Part shown: one piece after another, positions 1 to 13,731 of the stretch | Position numbering within the stretch: position 1 is the stretch's first letter | Layout of the letters: each line of letters opens with the position of its first letter | Assembly (NCBI RefSeq): GCF_006345805.1 | Contig: NC_043013.1 | Location: 14,446,001 to 14,510,000 of the forward strand | DNA length: 64,000 nucleotides | Source of the DNA: Octopus sinensis | Taxonomy: Eukaryota | Direction of reading: 5' to 3' | The notes under the pieces: model-generated | Told to the model about the DNA's origin: nothing | What the model saw: the letters and a program-made list of their open reading frames with translations, nothing else | Database searches by the model: none | Translations under genes and position numbers: made by a program

Positions 1-592
1 TGGTTCTTGTTGCATAAAAGAAGGGAAGACGACACTTTTGGTTGTCGTTCAATTCGTGCGGCACCCATTTCTCAAGTATTTTTGTTTTTCCAATCTCTTT
101 CAAGTGGTTAGAAATTGTTGCATACGTTACGTCTAATTCAGAAGCAAGCTCTTGAACAGTTGTGCGTGGATTGGCTTCCACTAAGGCTCTTAATTGATCG
201 TTGTCAACATCCGATGGCCGACCACTACGCTTATCATCTTCAAGACTCTCGTCACTGCTACGAAATTTGTTCAACCACCATTGTGCTGTACGTTCATTAC
301 TGGTTCCGGGACCAAACGCATCGTTGATATCGCCAGCTCTTTCAGCAGCTTTTCGGCCCAGCTTGAACTGGAATAAGAAAATTGTGCGAATTTGCTTTTT
401 GTCGATGGTGTATTCAACGTTCCGGAAAAAATGGCCTAATTATTAAAAAGAAAGATTAAACACGATTAGATAGAGCGAAAAACAGGCTTTAAAATGATAT
501 ATAAAGGCAAAGTAATTTAACGAAAATTAATTTGAAAATACATTATTTAAAACCAAAATTTAAAATTCCGCAAGAACTTTCTTGACAACCTA
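1..592 (-). mobile_element. Mariner (Hsmar1/cecropia-like) transposon, 5' part with left TIR; runs off the window start
   Basis: The minus strand translates with indels to IDKKQIRTIFLFQFKLGRKAAERAGDINDAFGPGTSNERTAQWWLNKFRSSDESLEDDKRSGRPSDVDNDQLRALVEANP...KWVPHEL, matching the recalled Hsmar1-type HTH region. The terminus TTAGGTTGTCAAGAAAGTTCTTGCGG is flanked by TA at 593-594. Confidence 0.9.
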
Positions 593-599
593 ATACTTT

Positions 600-1900
600 C
601 TGTAAACCCTTTGTCATTCATATTGAGGAAGTGTCAGTAGTATCTCATTGGTTCACAAGGTAACAGAAATACCAAAAATACACACAGATTCTTTGTGGAT
701 GACTTAAAACTACATGCCAAGAATATGCATGAGATGAAAAAGAACCTTGACCTGGTTACGACATTCCAAAACGCTGCGGAGTTGGCATGTGGTCAAGATA
801 AATGCTGTTATATAGTTGTGAAACAAGGCAAAACTGTATAACAGATAAGCAGCATTTCCATCAATGATTTGACTGTTTTCCCTATATCTGATGAGGACTG
901 CTACAGGTACCTAGGGGTGGATGAAAACATATCTTACGGTGGCACCTGTGACAAGACACGTAATCACTAAAGAATATTACAGCCGAATAAAGAAAATATT
1001 GATCTCGGAATTCTCTGCAATCAATAAAACAATGGCCCACGGTGTGTTTGCAGTGCTAACACTCATACCAACATTTGGGTCGCTTGACTGGTTGTCTGAG
1101 GGATCCGAGCCATTGATGTAAAAACTCGGAACATACTAGTCAGCACAAATAAATTTCACATCAACAGGGATGTAGACCGCCTCGACCTAAAAGGAAAACA
1201 AAGCGGGAGAGGCTTAACATCGATCCAGGCTGCCTTTGGAAGGATAAGCCTGAAGTCAAAGAAATAAGAACTCACAGTATGGTTGCAGACACAGCCACTC
1301 ATAATAAAAAATAGTACTGGTGGAATGTCTCAGTGAAAAAAAAGCTCTATAAAGTGTAAACATAGTAGAGATGACATAGTGATTTGGGATAGAGAAGAAA
1401 AACTGTGTACAGTTATGGAAATCAGCTGCCCAGCAGGTGTTAACATAAAGCTAAAGATCAGCAAGAAAGAAAATACCTACGCTGAACTATTGAGAAATCT
1501 ACAGTTTCTCTACCTAGATGACATGTTCAGGTTAATAACTGTAATTATAGGAGCACTGCGATATGTAACATACTGCCTAAATACCATTGCTGAGAAATTA
1601 CACTTCTCAAAAGCAGAAAGGAGAAAGCTAATTTGAAGACTACAGATCCAAGCCATCACTAGATCTGTAAAACTCCCCAGAGGTTTATCATTTAAGTATA
1701 GATGCGCATGTCTAGACGTGTAAGTGTATGCATGAGAATACATACACAAAAGAAAACTTACAAATCTACACATGCACTGACTCCTAATCCTGCACATATA
1801 CACGCATACATACATATATACACACATAAATACGTGCAAAAATAACCTGTTGGCGCTGTTTAAATTCCAATGAAGGAGTCTTGGATCTAGGGTAGAAGAC
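600..1900 (+). mobile_element. R4-like (RLE-type) non-LTR retrotransposon, degenerate 3' part
   Basis: Contains FVDDLKLHAK (RT), YRYLGVDENISY, DVDRL and GRGLTSIQ, then the RLE motif DIVIWDREEKLCTVMEISCPAGVNIKLKISKKENTY. The 3' UTR tail (aatgaaggagtcttggatc) is shared with the copy at 28800-30030. Confidence 0.85.
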
Positions 1901-2124
1901 GGTTCTTTCTCTATAGGCAAGAAATCTTGAAGCAAGACTGAATAATGACATAAACACATAATAGCTGCTTTCTCATATACGAGCAAAACCATTGCTAGAA
2001 AGAATCAGTGAAATAAATCATACATATACACACATACATACATACATACATACATGCATAGATGCATACGTACGTACGTACATACATATATACATACACA
2101 CACACATGCATACATAAGAAGTGC

Positions 2125-2731
2125 GAGGTGCAATCCAAGTCTGGTGTCTTAAAAGAAGCTTGGATGTGTTGGTGCAGTTGTCGACCCTCTGGATAAAGGT
2201 GTTTGGCGCTGCCGATCTCTGGACAGTAGGGCAAAGGCTCGGATCTGCAGGCCTCTGATCTTCTCTGTCACATTCAATAGTTTCGAGACTTAGACACTTT
2301 CTGCAGCTCTTATGGACCACCTGAACTCTTTTGGTACAAGGGTTAGGGTTAGGGTTAGGACGCATCGCTGGATTATGGGTTACCATTGGTTGCATCCAGT
2401 CAACGATTCTACTCAGAGAATGGGGTGCATCTTGTTACTTGTATGATTCGGGAGTGTCAGCTGAGGGCATTTGGTCATGTTGCTGGACTTCCAGAGTTTG
2501 ATCTTGTGTGTCATGTTCTCTTCTCTGTAGATCCAGATGGAGTGACGGTTCGTGTTGGTTGTACACATGCCTCATGGTCACGGCTAGTGATCAAGTATTT
2601 CCAGCTGATGGGAACTGACTGGGATACTGCTCAGAGGAATACCCTAATACTCGAGACGATTCGGGCAAATACAGAAAATGGTGAACGCAGTGATGCACTG
2701 TAACGGCGCCTGTCCCCATACCTGACCTGAC
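2125..2731 (+). mobile_element. RTE-clade LINE, 3' fragment
   Basis: Translates to VTCMIRECQLRAFGHVAGLPE..., typical of an RTE RT C-terminus, and ends in a short tandem tail CCTGACCTGAC. Confidence 0.7.
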
Positions 2732-2759
2732 TTAGGATAAGGAGATTAATAATGAAGAT

Positions 2760-3080
2760 AATCAAGAAATAGCCTTATAAACAATCACCATAAATCATGA
2801 AACCTTTAACATGCTCCAGAATAAAGGACAAATCAGAACAACGAGGCTCCGAGATATAAAGAATTCTTGGACAAGCCTATCAAACATATATCCCAATGAT
2901 AGGCTGCCTAAAGGATATCTCCATAATCAAGCTTCCACGCAGTTTCCATAAGCCAAATTCACTCAGAAGGATTTTATATTCAGTTGCATCTTGGAGTTCC
3001 AAGGGCTTCACTGTCTCTCTTGTTTATTTGGTATCTCGAATCAATCGCCTCTTCTTGGACAGCAAATGCACAGCTTCGAA
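2760..3080 (-). mobile_element. Degenerate R4-like LINE fragment
   Basis: The minus strand reads AFAVQEEAIDSRYQINKRD, similar to FAIQEQEISTEYL in the 28.8-30 kb copy. Confidence 0.5.
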
Positions 3081-3215
3081 TGTATGTATGTGTGTATGTA
3101 TGTATGTATGTATGTATGTATGTATGTATGTATGTATGTATGTATGTATGTATGCATGTATGTATGCATGCATGTATGCGTGTATATATATAAATTATAA
3201 TTAAGCATATCTAAA

Positions 3216-3409
3216 AGATAACAGTCAAAACTTGATTCTAAAACCACATCAAATATTCCTACAGCACCATGGAAAAAAGACAAAGGGACAAATAAACTAG
3301 CAAAATATTACTGGATATTAATATTTTGCCAGTTTATTTGTCTGTCTTTTCTCCAAAATGCTGTATGAATACTTGATGTGGTTTTAGAATCAAGTTTTCA
3401 CTGCTATCT
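3216..3409. repeat. Imperfect fold-back / MITE-like inverted repeat
   Basis: AGATAACAGTCAAAACTTGATTCTAAAACCACATCAAATATTCCTACAGCA is mirrored by TGCTGTATGAATACTTGATGTGGTTTTAGAATCAAGTTTTCACTGCTATCT. The inner arms also pair. Confidence 0.75.
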
Positions 3410-3605
3410 CTAACATGGTGGTATCTTTATCATAATTTCAATAGTAATTATTACCTATACGGTTTTTATTCCCATGCCAGCCACTTGATATGATCGGTAT
3501 TTTAAATAAGGATCTTATTCTTATTTATATAAATATATATATATATATGTGGGGGGGGGGCTAAGATCAAAGTCTAATATCTACTCTTAACAATTTAATA
3601 TATAT

Positions 3606-3945
3606 AGGGCAACGGACTCGCTGTTTCGATGCCCAGATTTGAATATTGTGAATGCTTATTGAGCGAAAACACCTAAAGCCCCACGACGTTCCTTCAGGGG
3701 TGGTGGCGAATCCTGATGTACTCTTTCACCACAACTTTCTCTCACTTTTTGCTCCTGTTTCTATTGTACCTGTATTTCAAAAGACCAGCCATGTCACACT
3801 CTGTGTCACGCTGAATCTCCCAGAGAACTACGCTAAGGGCACACGTGTCTTTGGAGTGCTCAGCCACTTGCACATGAATTTCACGAACAGGCTGTTACGT
3901 TGATCGAATCAACAGGAACCCTCGTCGTCGTAACCGACGGAGTGC
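3606..3945 (+). mobile_element. Interspersed SINE-like repeat (octopus-type)
   Basis: GTCACACTCTGTGTCACGCTGAATCTCCC...GGAACCCTCGTCGTCGTAACCGACGGAGTGC resembles a recalled high-copy octopus repeat. Not verified by search. Confidence 0.5.
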
Positions 3946-4309
3946 GACGAGTAGATAATAAATAGATACAAGCTCATACAAGCAACACTGAGAAATAAAT
4001 ATGAATACAAAAAAGGGTTTCCTAAAATACAACATGCGTTTGAAACTCAATAACGCAATCGATGGAATGTCGATTTCTAATAGTTGCGTAATCTGTATTA
4101 TTCTGTTGGCTTGCAGGGAACAAAGCAACCTAATCGATATAATCCATTAGAGACGGGACCAAATCGATATAATTCATTAGAGATACAAAAGAAATATTTA
4201 TATTATTCAAATGATAAAGTCAGGTATAAATAAATAGTTCGCTTTCATATCATGATATTTGAAATAATGATATGGTATATCTATCCATCTGTCTGTCTCT
4301 CTATCTGAA

Positions 4310-4399
<90 letters not shown>

Positions 4400-5717
4400 T
4401 ATAAATGTATATATATGTATATGTGTATATATATATATATGTGTATATATATATATATATATATTTATATGTGTATATATATATTATATATGCATATGCA
4501 TGTATGTATATATATATATATTAATTTAGAGATAATAGGCCCCTAAATCTCACCAAATAAAAAGATTTTTTTATTTTTATTTTAAATACATACTGTTTAT
4601 TACTTGGCAACACGTGTTTCATAAGGTACATCCTCGGGTTCCTAAACCACTCCGTGTTTCCCTGGAACCCCTCTCAAAATGCCACCCCAATCATCAGGCC
4701 CTTATATAACTTTATCAACGTTCAATACAATAAACTATATTTTAATTTTCTAAAACCCTTAAGTATGTGTAAAATAGGTATGTTCAAATTAGTTTCGCTG
4801 GACTCTACAGTACAAGCCATAATTCAGATAAAATTCAAATAAAGATAAAAAGTTACAAAAATAAAAGTTACACGAATTACTTTCATTTTTATTCACAGTT
4901 TTTTAGATATTATTAACATAGTATTTGTAAACTTAATTTTATTTGGAACACTATATATTACTAACATAGTTGTTGTACATTTTCGGATTTTTTTATATAG
5001 ATTTTTTATTCCTTACTTTATTCGTGTAAATTTTATTGCCGTAATTTTTATTCCCTAAAAAATAATATGTTTCTAGTGTTTTGTACATGTCCTAAGTTCT
5101 CATTAGAAAAGATTGAATGGAACTGAAAACTTTTGACGTTGGCCAACAGAGGTAATGAGATTGGCATGGCGATGATTTCCGCTAATTGGTGCCCGGATCG
5201 CTGTGACGATGACACCATATCTGATGATGATGGAGTTCTTTGACCAACAGCATGAAAGCTTCCAAACACTGCAACATCAGTGAAAGAAGTGTGTGCGCTT
5301 CAAGGAGTCCCATGTTGAAAAAAAAAGTTCATTTGGTTATATTCCATGAAATTAAACTGATCAGGCTATGAACTATTCTGCCGATCCTGGTATCATTGGT
5401 TTCAACCATTATTTTGCTAAACTATCGGTATTCTTGAAACCTTGTGTATGGTACATGCATACATGCATACATACATACATACATACCTATATCCATACCA
5501 TACATACATCATACATACATACATACATACATACATACACATACATACATACATACATACATACATACATACATGCACACATCCATTCCATCAATGGAAC
5601 TGTAAAAATCGGTAAAATTTTCCAGCAGTTTATCATTGAAATATATATGAGCATGTCTAGATATGCAACTATATGCCTGGGGATGCACATACATACATAC
5701 ATACATACATACATACA

Positions 5718-5748
<31 letters not shown>

Positions 5749-5819
5749 CGAAAAACGAAAATACCCTGTTGTTGATGTTGAAATTTCAATGAAGGAGCCT
5801 TGAATGTGTGTGCCTGTGA

Positions 5820-6075
5820 AGATACGTGGAATAGTGGTTAGGGTGCTTGGTCACAGGATCGTTAGATAATGAGTTCGATTCCCAGACCTAGCAGCGCATT
5901 GTCTCCTTGAGCACAAGATTACATTTTACGTTATTCCAGATCATTCAACTGTAAATGAGTAACTCTGTGGCGGAACAACAACTCAGAGTGTCGTCATTCG
6001 AAAGCTAAAACAATGCAAAGCGCATTGTGACCAGCGATGTATAACAACATTCAATAGTCTGGTCGGTTCTATGAT
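5820..6075 (+). mobile_element. tRNA-head-like SINE in the tandem unit (copies at ~8340-8590 and ~12950-13200)
   Basis: An A-box-like GTAGTGGTTAGGGTGCTTGG and a B-box-like GAGTTCGATTCC are followed by a conserved body. Confidence 0.6.
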
Positions 6076-6354
6076 GTGCGCGTGCGTATGTGTGTGTGAG
6101 AGTCTATCATTTAATCTTCTTCCGCCAAGCTAAGGAGATTGTACGTCAATACGTCAATACCTTTAATATAAATATAAATAAATTAGTAAATTATATCTGG
6201 GTCATCTGATATTCATTAATCGATACGAAGTTCTTATAATGATTATACTTCGTTAAGAAGATAGATTTAAACTAGTAACATCTAACTGACAGTCATTTCT
6301 ACTTAGAAGACAGACAAGATGTTGCAGAGGAATTCTCTTCAAGTTATTTTACTC

Positions 6355-6475
6355 TTACTCTTTACTCTTTTACTTGTTTCAGTCATTTGACTGCGACCAT
6401 GCTGGAGCAACGCCTTTAGTCGAGGAAATCGACCCCCAGGACTTATTCTTTGTAAGCCTAGTACTATTTTGTATA
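6355..6475 (+). mobile_element. SINE insertion present only in copy 1 of the tandem unit
   Basis: TTTTACTTGTTTCAGTCATTTGACTGCGACCATGCTGGAGC...CCTAGTACT interrupts CAAGTTATTTT|GTATATAAACT, which is continuous at ~13467-13487. Confidence 0.7.
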
Positions 6476-7084
6476 TAAACTTTTTTTGTTTTTTTGTATA
6501 ATTAATTTCTTTTTCCTAAAGGCACAAGGCCTGAAATTGGCCAAGGGGGCTAGTCGATCACATCTACACCTGTGTTTGACTGCTACTTAATTTATCAACG
6601 CCGAGAGGATGGAAGGCAAAGTCGACCACGGCGATATTTGAACTGAGAAAGTAGCAATGGGTAAATACCGCTAAGCGTTTTGACCGGCGTACTCACGGTC
6701 CTTCCAACTCGCCGACTTTTTTGTTACATCTTTATATATAAAATACCGTTTGCACATACGAGCGTTTGTGCGTGTATTTCGTGTGTGTGTGTGTGTGTGT
6801 GTGTGTGAACTTCCATGGTGTATTTACGTATTTCATTTAGAACTTTTTTTCCCGTTTGTTTGCTTGCAATTATATTTCCAGCAAATTTTCTAACGGAAGT
6901 CTGCAGTTTTACTTGTATCAAAGCACCAGTTATTCTACCCATTGAAAACCCTTCTCTGCCGCTCAGTCGGTCTATTTGTATACCCATCCTTGCCCCTCAT
7001 TCATCCCTATTCCATTTATTGTTACACACATACACTCTACACACACACAGACTCTTTCACACACACACATGCACACACACGCAC

Positions 7085-7345
7085 ATGGACGATAATATTT
7101 TCAAAGAGTAGGGGTTGCGTTCCGGCCTCATAAACTGAATTTAGAATGGGAAAGGAGAGTCTAGAAGAGACCCCAAAACCTGGACGACCTGCAGCTTCGA
7201 CGCCGGAGGAAAATATTGGTCGTGTTTTGCTGATGGGTGACAGGCGAATGTCTTTAAATCAAATATCCAATGCTGTTAGCATATCCCGTGTGTGAGTTGC
7301 GAATATTCTACACAATGAGATTGGCATGGCGATGGTTTCCGCTCA
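7085..7345 (+). pseudogene. Mariner transposase N-terminal fragment within the tandem unit (second copy at ~11775-12060)
   Basis: The copy at 11.8 kb reads SSTVQKYATEFRIGKERLEETPKPGRPA...GDRRLSLNQISNAVSISR...GMTMVSAHWCP, a decayed GRP/WVP mariner region. Confidence 0.75.
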
Positions 7346-7916
7346 TTGCTGCCTATATCGCTGTGACGATGACACCATATCTGGTGCTGATGGAGTTCTT
7401 TGAACAACACAGCATAAAAGCAACACCAGTGAAAGAAGTGTGGGGGCTTCAAGGGGTTCCATGTTGGGAAATAAAATTCATTTGGTTATATTCCATGAAA
7501 ATAAACTTATCAGTCTATGGACTTTTCAGCCGATCCTGGTATCATTGGTTTCTACAATTATTTTGCTATAAAACTATCGGTATTCTTGACAGCTTGTGTA
7601 TGGTATATACATACATACATACATACATACATACATACATACATACATACATACATAAATGCATATGCATACATACAAACATACATACACCATACATACA
7701 TACATACATACATACATACATACATACATACATACATACATACATACATACAGATATGAATACATACATACAGATATATATACATACATAAATACATACA
7801 AACATACATATGCATACATACATATGCATACATACATACATACATACATACACACACCTTACATACTTACATACATATATACATACATACCTAAATGCAT
7901 ACATAAACACACCTTA

Positions 7917-8216
<300 letters not shown>

Positions 8217-9288
8217 TCAATGAATGACCCTTGAATCTGTAAGTGTGTGTGTGTGTGTTTGTGTGTGTGCGTGTGTGTGTGTGCGTGTGTGTGTGTTTGT
8301 GTGTGTGCGTGTGTGTTTGTGCGTGTGTGTGTGTGAAGGTACGTGGAGTAGTGGTTAGCGTGCTTGTTCACAGGATCGTTAGATAATGAGTTCAATTCCC
8401 AGACCTAGCAGCGCATTGTCTCCTTGAGCACAACATTTTAGGTTATTCTAGTTCATTCAACTGTAAATGAGTAACTCTGTGGCGAAACAACCACTTAGAG
8501 TGTCGTCATTCGAAAGCAGAAAACAATGGAATGTTCATTGTGACCAGCGATGTATAACAACATTCAATAGTCTGGTCGATTCTGTGATGTGCGCCCATGC
8601 GTATGTGTGTGTGAGAGTATCATTTAATCTTCTTCCGCCAAGCTAAGTGGATTATACATCAATACGTCAATACCTTTTAATATAAATATAAATAAATTAG
8701 TAAATTATATCTGGGTCATCTGATAATGATTAATCGATACGAAGTTCATATAATGATTATACTTCGTTAAGAAGATAGATTTATACTAGTAACATCTCCA
8801 AATTGACAGTCATTTCTACTTAGAAAACAGACAAGATGTTGCAGTGGAATTATTTTGAATATAAACTTTTTTGTTTAATTACACATTTCTACTAATGGCA
8901 CAAGGCCTGAAATTGGCTAAGGGGACTAGTCGATCACATCTACACCTGTGTTTGACTGGTTCTTAATTTATCAACGCCGAGAGGATGGAAGACAAAGTCG
9001 ACCTCGGATACATTTGATCTCAGAAAGTAGCAATGGGTGAAATACCTATTTCTTTACTACCCACAAGGGACTAACACAGAGGAGACAAACAATACAGACA
9101 GACGTATCAAGTCGATTATTTCGACCCCAGTGCGTAACTGGTACTTAATTTTTAGTCCCCGAAAGGATGAAAGGCAAAGTCGACCTCAGTGGAATTTGAA
9201 CTCATAACGTAACGGCAGACGAAATACCGCTAAGCATTTCGTCCGTCGTGCTCACGGTTCCACCAACTCGCCGCCTTTTTTTGTTACA

Positions 9289-11360
9289 TCAATATCTATA
9301 AAGCTGAAATGCGAAAAAGTTATTTGTCTCATTTTGGGATCGGAACAGTAGATGGAGTTGGATTGGCGCCAAAATTTACTGGGACATGTAAAAAGAGGCG
9401 AGGAAACGACTGGACTAGGTTAGACACCCCTATCTCAAAAGCTGTGGTTCTTAGGGCAACAAAACCCAAAGTTTTACAAGTGTTTGTCGTTTTTCTCTTT
9501 CGGATATGACTCTGTCTTCCTCGATCTCTTTCTTTCCTTCCTTTAAACTGCCAGCATGTTGCTGTACGCCGTTAAGAAGTTTTGAATGTCAGCCATGGTG
9601 AGTCTACTATCCTCAGGTTCTATCCCTTCAAACTTTGGTTTCCAATATCTTTTTTATTTTTATTGAGCTCGCATGTTCGTCTGTCCCTTTTAAATGTTAG
9701 TGTTTTGCTGTCCGCCTTGAAGCAGACCTTTCCGTTGTCACTGCCTGATATTTATGATGGATCTTTCAACATATTTTCTTTCTCAACTTACTCAAAATCT
9801 TTTGTTCTTTATAAATGGCAGAGAGAGAGAGAGATAGATAGAGAAAGATAGAGAGTAAGAGAAAGCGAGGGAGATTCCGAGAGAAAGGAAGAGTAAGAGA
9901 GGGGAAAGTGAGAGAGAAAGGAGAGAGAAACAAAGAGGGAGAATGTGGCGATAAGAAACAGAAAGGAAGCAACAGAAAGTAAAAACTAAAAAACTGAAAT
10001 GCGAAAAGTTTGTTTGTCTCATTTTGCGATTGGAACGGTTTAAAGGGCACTCGTGGGGTCGGATTGGCTCCAAAATTTACAGGGACATGTAAAAAGAGGC
10101 GAGGAAGTGAGTGGACTAGGTTAGAAATCCCTATCTCAAAAGCTGTGGTTATTAGGACAACAACACCCACACTTTGACAAGTGTTTGTCGTTTCCCTTTC
10201 ACATATCACCCTGTCTTCCTCCGTCTCTCTCTTTCCTTCCTTTCTTCCACATTCTCTCTATAATGACGTTTGACAGCTTCGCCATCTCTCTGTCAATCTG
10301 TCTCCCACCACCTCTCTCATTGCACGTCTGTCTGTATAGAGAGAAAGTATTGACAGCCTCAAAAGTTTAAATATTTCCGTCACAGGTCTTTTAGAACTGT
10401 GAATTATTACGTTGATACAAATTGGATTTTTATGTGAAGCGGGGATGGAAGGGGATTAAAATTTACAGAAGGGGTGTTTAGGAATTCTCTGTTACATCAA
10501 ACTAAAAATTTTGCGCCAGCCTTCAAATCGTCAATGTGTTGCCATCCGTCATGAAGAAGTTTTGAATGCCTGCCATGGTGAGTCTACTGTCGTGAGAAAG
10601 AATCGCTTCAAAACTTGGTGTTTAGGGATTTTCTTTTACATCAAGTTCAAAATTTTGCGCCAGCCGTTAAACTGCCAGTACGTTGATGTACGTCGTTAAG
10701 AAGTTTTGAATGCGAAAAAGTTGTTTGATTTCTTGGTTATTTGTCTCATTTTGGGATGGGAACGGTAGATGGGGTCGGATTGGCGCCATAATTTACACTG
10801 GGGGGGGGTTTAAAATGGTGTGGGCAATGGTGTGAGGAGGGTTGTAAGTCGCTCGGGGTTACCGTTTGGGGAAAATTGAGTTTTATAGGATAGACATGTT
10901 GTGCTGTTTGAATAATGGTGGCTTTTCGTGTTGCTGCAGGGGCTAGAGGCTGTTATCTTTAATCTAATCTATAAAATGAAGAAGGCGAACGTTAATACAA
11001 ATTGGATTTTTATGTAAAAAGGGGTCTAAATGGGGCTGGAAGGGGATCCAAATTTACAGGAGCGGGTAACTTGAGGTGAGAAATTGACTGGGAGACGTTT
11101 TGGGGCGCTACAGTGGTTGCTTTGCTGTGAAAACGGGGATTTTATTGATTTTTGGGAACACTTGGGGATCTAGACTGGACACCTTTGCCCGATTTCAATC
11201 AAATTTTCAACATGGTAACGTGGAAGCGGATTTCTAATTTAAGCGCAGAAAAAGGGTTCGAAATTTTGAAAATTAAGGTAAGATTTAAGAAACAGAAATG
11301 AAGCTACAGAAAGTAACAACCACGCCCTCACCCGCGCGTAGAGCGGGTCACCTTAAGCTA

Positions 11361-11361
<1 letters not shown>
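9289..11361 (+). mobile_element. Non-autonomous Helitron
   Basis: Starts with TC after an A and ends with CTAG before a T, with no TSD. A GC hairpin ACCCGC-GCGTAGA-GCGGGT (11330-11348) lies ~10 nt before CTAG. The empty site TTGTTACA|TCTTTATATATAAAA is seen at 6721-6743. Internal subrepeats occur at ~9310, ~10000 and ~10710. Confidence 0.85.
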
Positions 11362-11401
<40 letters not shown>

Positions 11402-12343
11402 AGCGTTTACATGTATGTGTGTTTGTGCGTGTGTTTCGTTGTGAGTGTGCGTGTGTATGTGTGAGTGGGGGGGGGGTCAACCTCCATTGTGCATTTACGT
11501 ATTTCATTTAGAAGTTTTTCTGTTTTGTTTGCTTGCAATTATATTTCCCACAAATTTTGTGACGGAAGTCTGCAGTTTTACTTGTATCAAAGCACCAGTT
11601 ATTCTACCCATTTAAAACTCTTCTCTGCCGCTCAGCCGGTCTGTTTTTATACCCATCTCTGCCCCTCATTCATCCCTATTCTATTTATTGTTACACACAT
11701 ATACACTACACACACACATAAACTCACACAAGTACACACAAACACACTCTGTTTCACATACACGCACACCCACATGGACAATGATATTCTCAAAGAGTAG
11801 GGGTTGCGTTCCAGCCTCATCAACGGTGCAAAAGTACGCAACTGAATTTAGGATAGGAAAGGAGAGGCTTGAAGAGACCCCAAAACCTGGACGACCTGCA
11901 GCTTCGAAGCCGGAGGAAAATTTGGTTGTATTCTGCTGATGGGTGACAGGCGATTGTCTTTAAATCAAATTTCCAATGCTGTTAGCATATCCCGTGTGTG
12001 AGTTGAGAATATTCCACACAATTAGATTGGCATGACGATGGTTTCCGCTCATTGGTGCCCGTATCGCTGTGACGATGACACCATATCTAGTGCTGATGGA
12101 GTTTTTTCACCAACAGCATGAAAGCTACCAAACACTGCAACATCAATGAAAGAAGAGAAGTGTGTGGGCTTCAAGGGGTCCCATGTTGGAAAATAAAACT
12201 CATTTATATATATTCCTCAAAATTAAACTTTTCAGCCGATCCTGGTATCATTGGTTTTTACCAATATTTTGCTAAAACTATCGGTATACTTCACAACTTG
12301 TGTGTGGTACATACATACATACATACATACATACATACATACA

Positions 12344-12377
<34 letters not shown>

Positions 12378-12817
12378 CATACATGCATACACCTCACATA
12401 TATACTTATGTTTTTTTCTCTTTTTTCTGTGTTTTCTTGTTTGGATAACTTTATATACATACATACATACATACACCTTACATATATATATCCATACATA
12501 CACCTTACATATATATATACATACATACATACATACACACACCTTACATACTTACATACATATATACATACATACCTAAATGCATGCATAAACACACCTT
12601 ACATGCATACATATGCATATATACATACATGCACGTATCTATTCCATCAATGGAACTGTAAAATCTGTAAGATTTTCCAGAATTTATCATTTAAATATAT
12701 GTGAGCGTGTCTAGATATGCAACTATATGCCTGGGAATACACACATACAACACATACAAATCTGCACATATACATACACATACATACATACATACATACA
12801 TACATACATACATACAT

Positions 12818-12848
<31 letters not shown>

Positions 12849-13731
12849 TACATACATACCAAAAAACGAAAATACCCTGTTGTTGATGTTGAAATTTCAA
12901 TGAAGGAGCCTTGAATGTGTGTGTGTGCGCGCGCGCGTGTGTGAAGGAACGTGGAGTAGTGGTTAGGGTGCTTGCTCACAAGATGGTTAGATAATGAGTT
13001 CGATTCCCAGACCTAGCAGCGCATTGTCTCCTTGAGCACAACATTACATTTTACGTTATTCTAGTTCATTCAACTGTAAATGAATAACTCTGTGGCGGAA
13101 AAACCACTCAGAGTTTCGTCATTCGAAAGCTAAAACAATGCAAAGCGCATTGTAACCAGCGATGTATAACAACATTCAATAGTCTTGTCGATTCTGTGAT
13201 GTGCGCGCGTGTGTGTATGTTTGAGAGTCTATCATTTAATCTTCTTACGCAATGCTAAGTGGATCGTACGTCAATACGTCAATACCTTTAATATGAATAT
13301 AAATAAATTAGTAAATAATGTCTGCGTCATCTGATATTGATTAATCAATACGCAGTTCTTATAATGTTTATGCTTCGTTAAGAAGATAGATTTAAACAAG
13401 TAACATGTAACTGACAGTCATTTCTACTTAGAAGACAGACAAGATATTGCAGAGGAATTCTCTTCAAGTTATTTTGTATATAAACTGGGGGTTTTTTGTA
13501 TAATGAATCCTTTCTACTGAAGGCACAAGGCCTGAAATTGGCGGAGGGTGCTTGTGTATCACATCGACACCAGTGTTTTACTGGTACGTAATTTATCGAC
13601 CCCGAGAGGATGAAAGTCGACCTCGGCGGTATTTGAACTCAGAATGTAGCGATGGGCGAAATATTGCTAAGCATTTTGACTGGCGTGCTCACGATTCTAC
13701 CAACTCGCCAACTCGCCAACTTGTTTTGTTA

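Noticed and set aside
4605-4650. Minus-strand GAAA-CACGTG-TT, resembling an HHR 3' half
   Set aside because: There is no CUGANGA or U3-A8 core and no helix II at the required position.
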